A stretch of DNA of 64,000 nt from positions 310,001 through 374,000 of the forward strand of contig JBLDXI010000015.1 of the NCBI GenBank assembly GCA_047495785.1. The letters run 5' to 3'. Positions within the stretch are counted from its first letter, which is position 1, and every line of letters begins with the position of its first letter. Shown piece by piece: positions 62,400 through 64,000 of the stretch. Source of the DNA: Lepidodermella squamata. Its lineage: Eukaryota; Animalia; Gastrotricha. The notes beneath the pieces were generated by a model that had not been told where the DNA came from, did no database searches, and was given only the letters and a program-made list of their open reading frames with translations. Position numbers and translations under genes: made by a program.

Positions 62400-63872
62400 A
62401 TGATGGACGGCTTGGATGATGAAGTGTACCAAACCTCTCCACCAGATGCTACCAAGTGCAAGGTATGTGGTCTCTCGGTTAGGAAGCGGCACCGTTACCA
62501 GCCTCGAATCTGCCACGCTTGCCATAAGTTTTTCCGGCGAAATGCGGAAAATTGGCGATCATTGAAATGCCGGCATAAATACGAGAATTCTGGTGAGCTT
62601 CAAACAAACCGCGCTTTACGCCGATCTATGTGCACCAAATGCCGATTTCAGCGATGCCTAGATGCCGGAATGAAAAGTGAGTCCTAATACGTAATGGGTG
62701 TGATTTTATTGATGGAAGACCGTAGTTGATGAACTAATATAGCCCTTAATTTAATTAATTTCTCTCCGCTCCCGAAACATTTGATTTCCCAACAATTATT
62801 AGACAATATTATTCATTTTAGGCAAATTCCTCGCTGATGAATCCTTGGACATTTCCGCACAGATCGATAACAGTCCTCAAACAAAGGACGGCTCAAACTT
62901 CGAAACGACGTTGAAACTAGCTATTGATACACAACTTCAGCTTCATGATCTTGAACACGTGAGTAATACTAGAGAAACCTCTGGGTTCTAGGTTATGTAA
63001 GTCCTTTCTCGTTCAGCTGCCGTTGCGGACGAACTCGGCTTTGGAGGCTGTTCTTCGCGATCGAACTAATTTGACCGATTTAATGTTCGACAACCTGCGT
63101 GCATTGATGCGGAAAGCACTGATGTTTTCAACCTTCATGCAACGTAAGCTCTCTTTCATTCAAGTTTCAGATTTTAGAGATAATGTTCACTTTAATTATT
63201 CCCAAACGATGATGCCCAATGTTATGTTTACATTTTAATTGTGTATGCTCCAGAGTCTTTCCAGTTAGATAAGTCTGAAGCCGCGGAATTGGTGTCTCGA
63301 AACTGGAAATTGATAACAATCGCATTCTCAGCTATGCCTGGGATATCAGGACGGTTTTTCGTGCACCCTGATTGCCTGCCACTGTTTCTCGATATGAATC
63401 CTGAATTTGTGGTAGAAGGCTTTTTAGAAATTCCTATCCAAACCTATTGCAATTCATTTCAGCCGGCTGCCCAAGCCGAGGAAGAGACCTCGAAAGCTTT
63501 TGCATCATGGAGCCCTACACTAATCGAGGCGGCTCTATTCACTTGTAAGCTATTCTTTCGCGGTTTGTGAATTCGCTTCAATAATATTCCATTTTAACCG
63601 AGAAAATCATTTTAGATTACAACGATGCTACAAAATCTTCGAAAGTAACAGAAGCTCAACAATATATTGACACTGCTTTCTCGGTGATGTGCTCAAAGCT
63701 GCATGGTCCTAACTCGGTTGAAGTCATGAAGCTAACGGCTGCTATCGAACAGTTGTGTTCTGTGACGGCATCTGTCACTGACCAATCCGGCGCGGCTGTT
63801 TGTAAGCGGCGAGGTGCTACAGCAACTAGAGAACAGCGAGAGCTCGCTAAATTGACATTCAACATTAAATAG
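62400..63872 (+). CDS. Divergent nuclear receptor, paralog 14 (six exons)
   Basis: DBD CKVC..CHACHKFFRR..CRH..CTKCRFQRCLDAGMK. Exons ~62400-62676, 62822-62958, 63017-63143, 63254-63411, 63463-63562 and 63617-63872 are open. Sister of paralog 13. Confidence 0.88.
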
Positions 63873-64000
63873 TGTCGCCTATCAACAAATGAAGACTATA
63901 ATTCAATAAATTTGTGTGTTATGTATTATTTTATTGTCATGATTCCATCTCAAAATTGCTTTCAAAATTGCTTGCCTTTTCCAAGATTTGATTGCTTTCA

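Noticed and set aside
3700-63872. Assigning NR subfamily names or a species
   Set aside because: P-box and LBD are too divergent to assign by eye; short introns fit several invertebrate lineages.

Overview
Eukaryotic (invertebrate metazoan-like) genomic DNA with short, mostly ~50-nt GT-AG introns; the species cannot be determined from the sequence. Most of the window is a tandem array of about 15 paralogous six-exon nuclear-receptor (NR) genes and pseudogenes. They have an atypical DNA-binding domain: finger 1 is C-X2-C-X14-C-X2-C, the P-boxes are CxACxK, and finger 2 is C-X-H-X18-20-C-X2-C instead of the canonical C4. The ligand-binding domain is strongly diverged. Inserted in the array is an apparently intact ~4.5-kb tyrosine-recombinase (Crypton-like) element at 11752-16244. 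It has short inverted ends, directly repeated 11-bp-phased motifs and two spliced genes that both begin with a PB1-type domain; the recombinase is PB1 + zinc finger + YR + AT-hooks. Also present are an intronless ankyrin/SOCS-box ORF, LINE fragments, MITEs, a Helitron-like 3' end, a degenerate Mutator-like/Ulp1 relic, and two palindromic elements with outward-facing tRNA-like arms. Gene models were spliced by eye, so internal exon boundaries may be off by a few nt.
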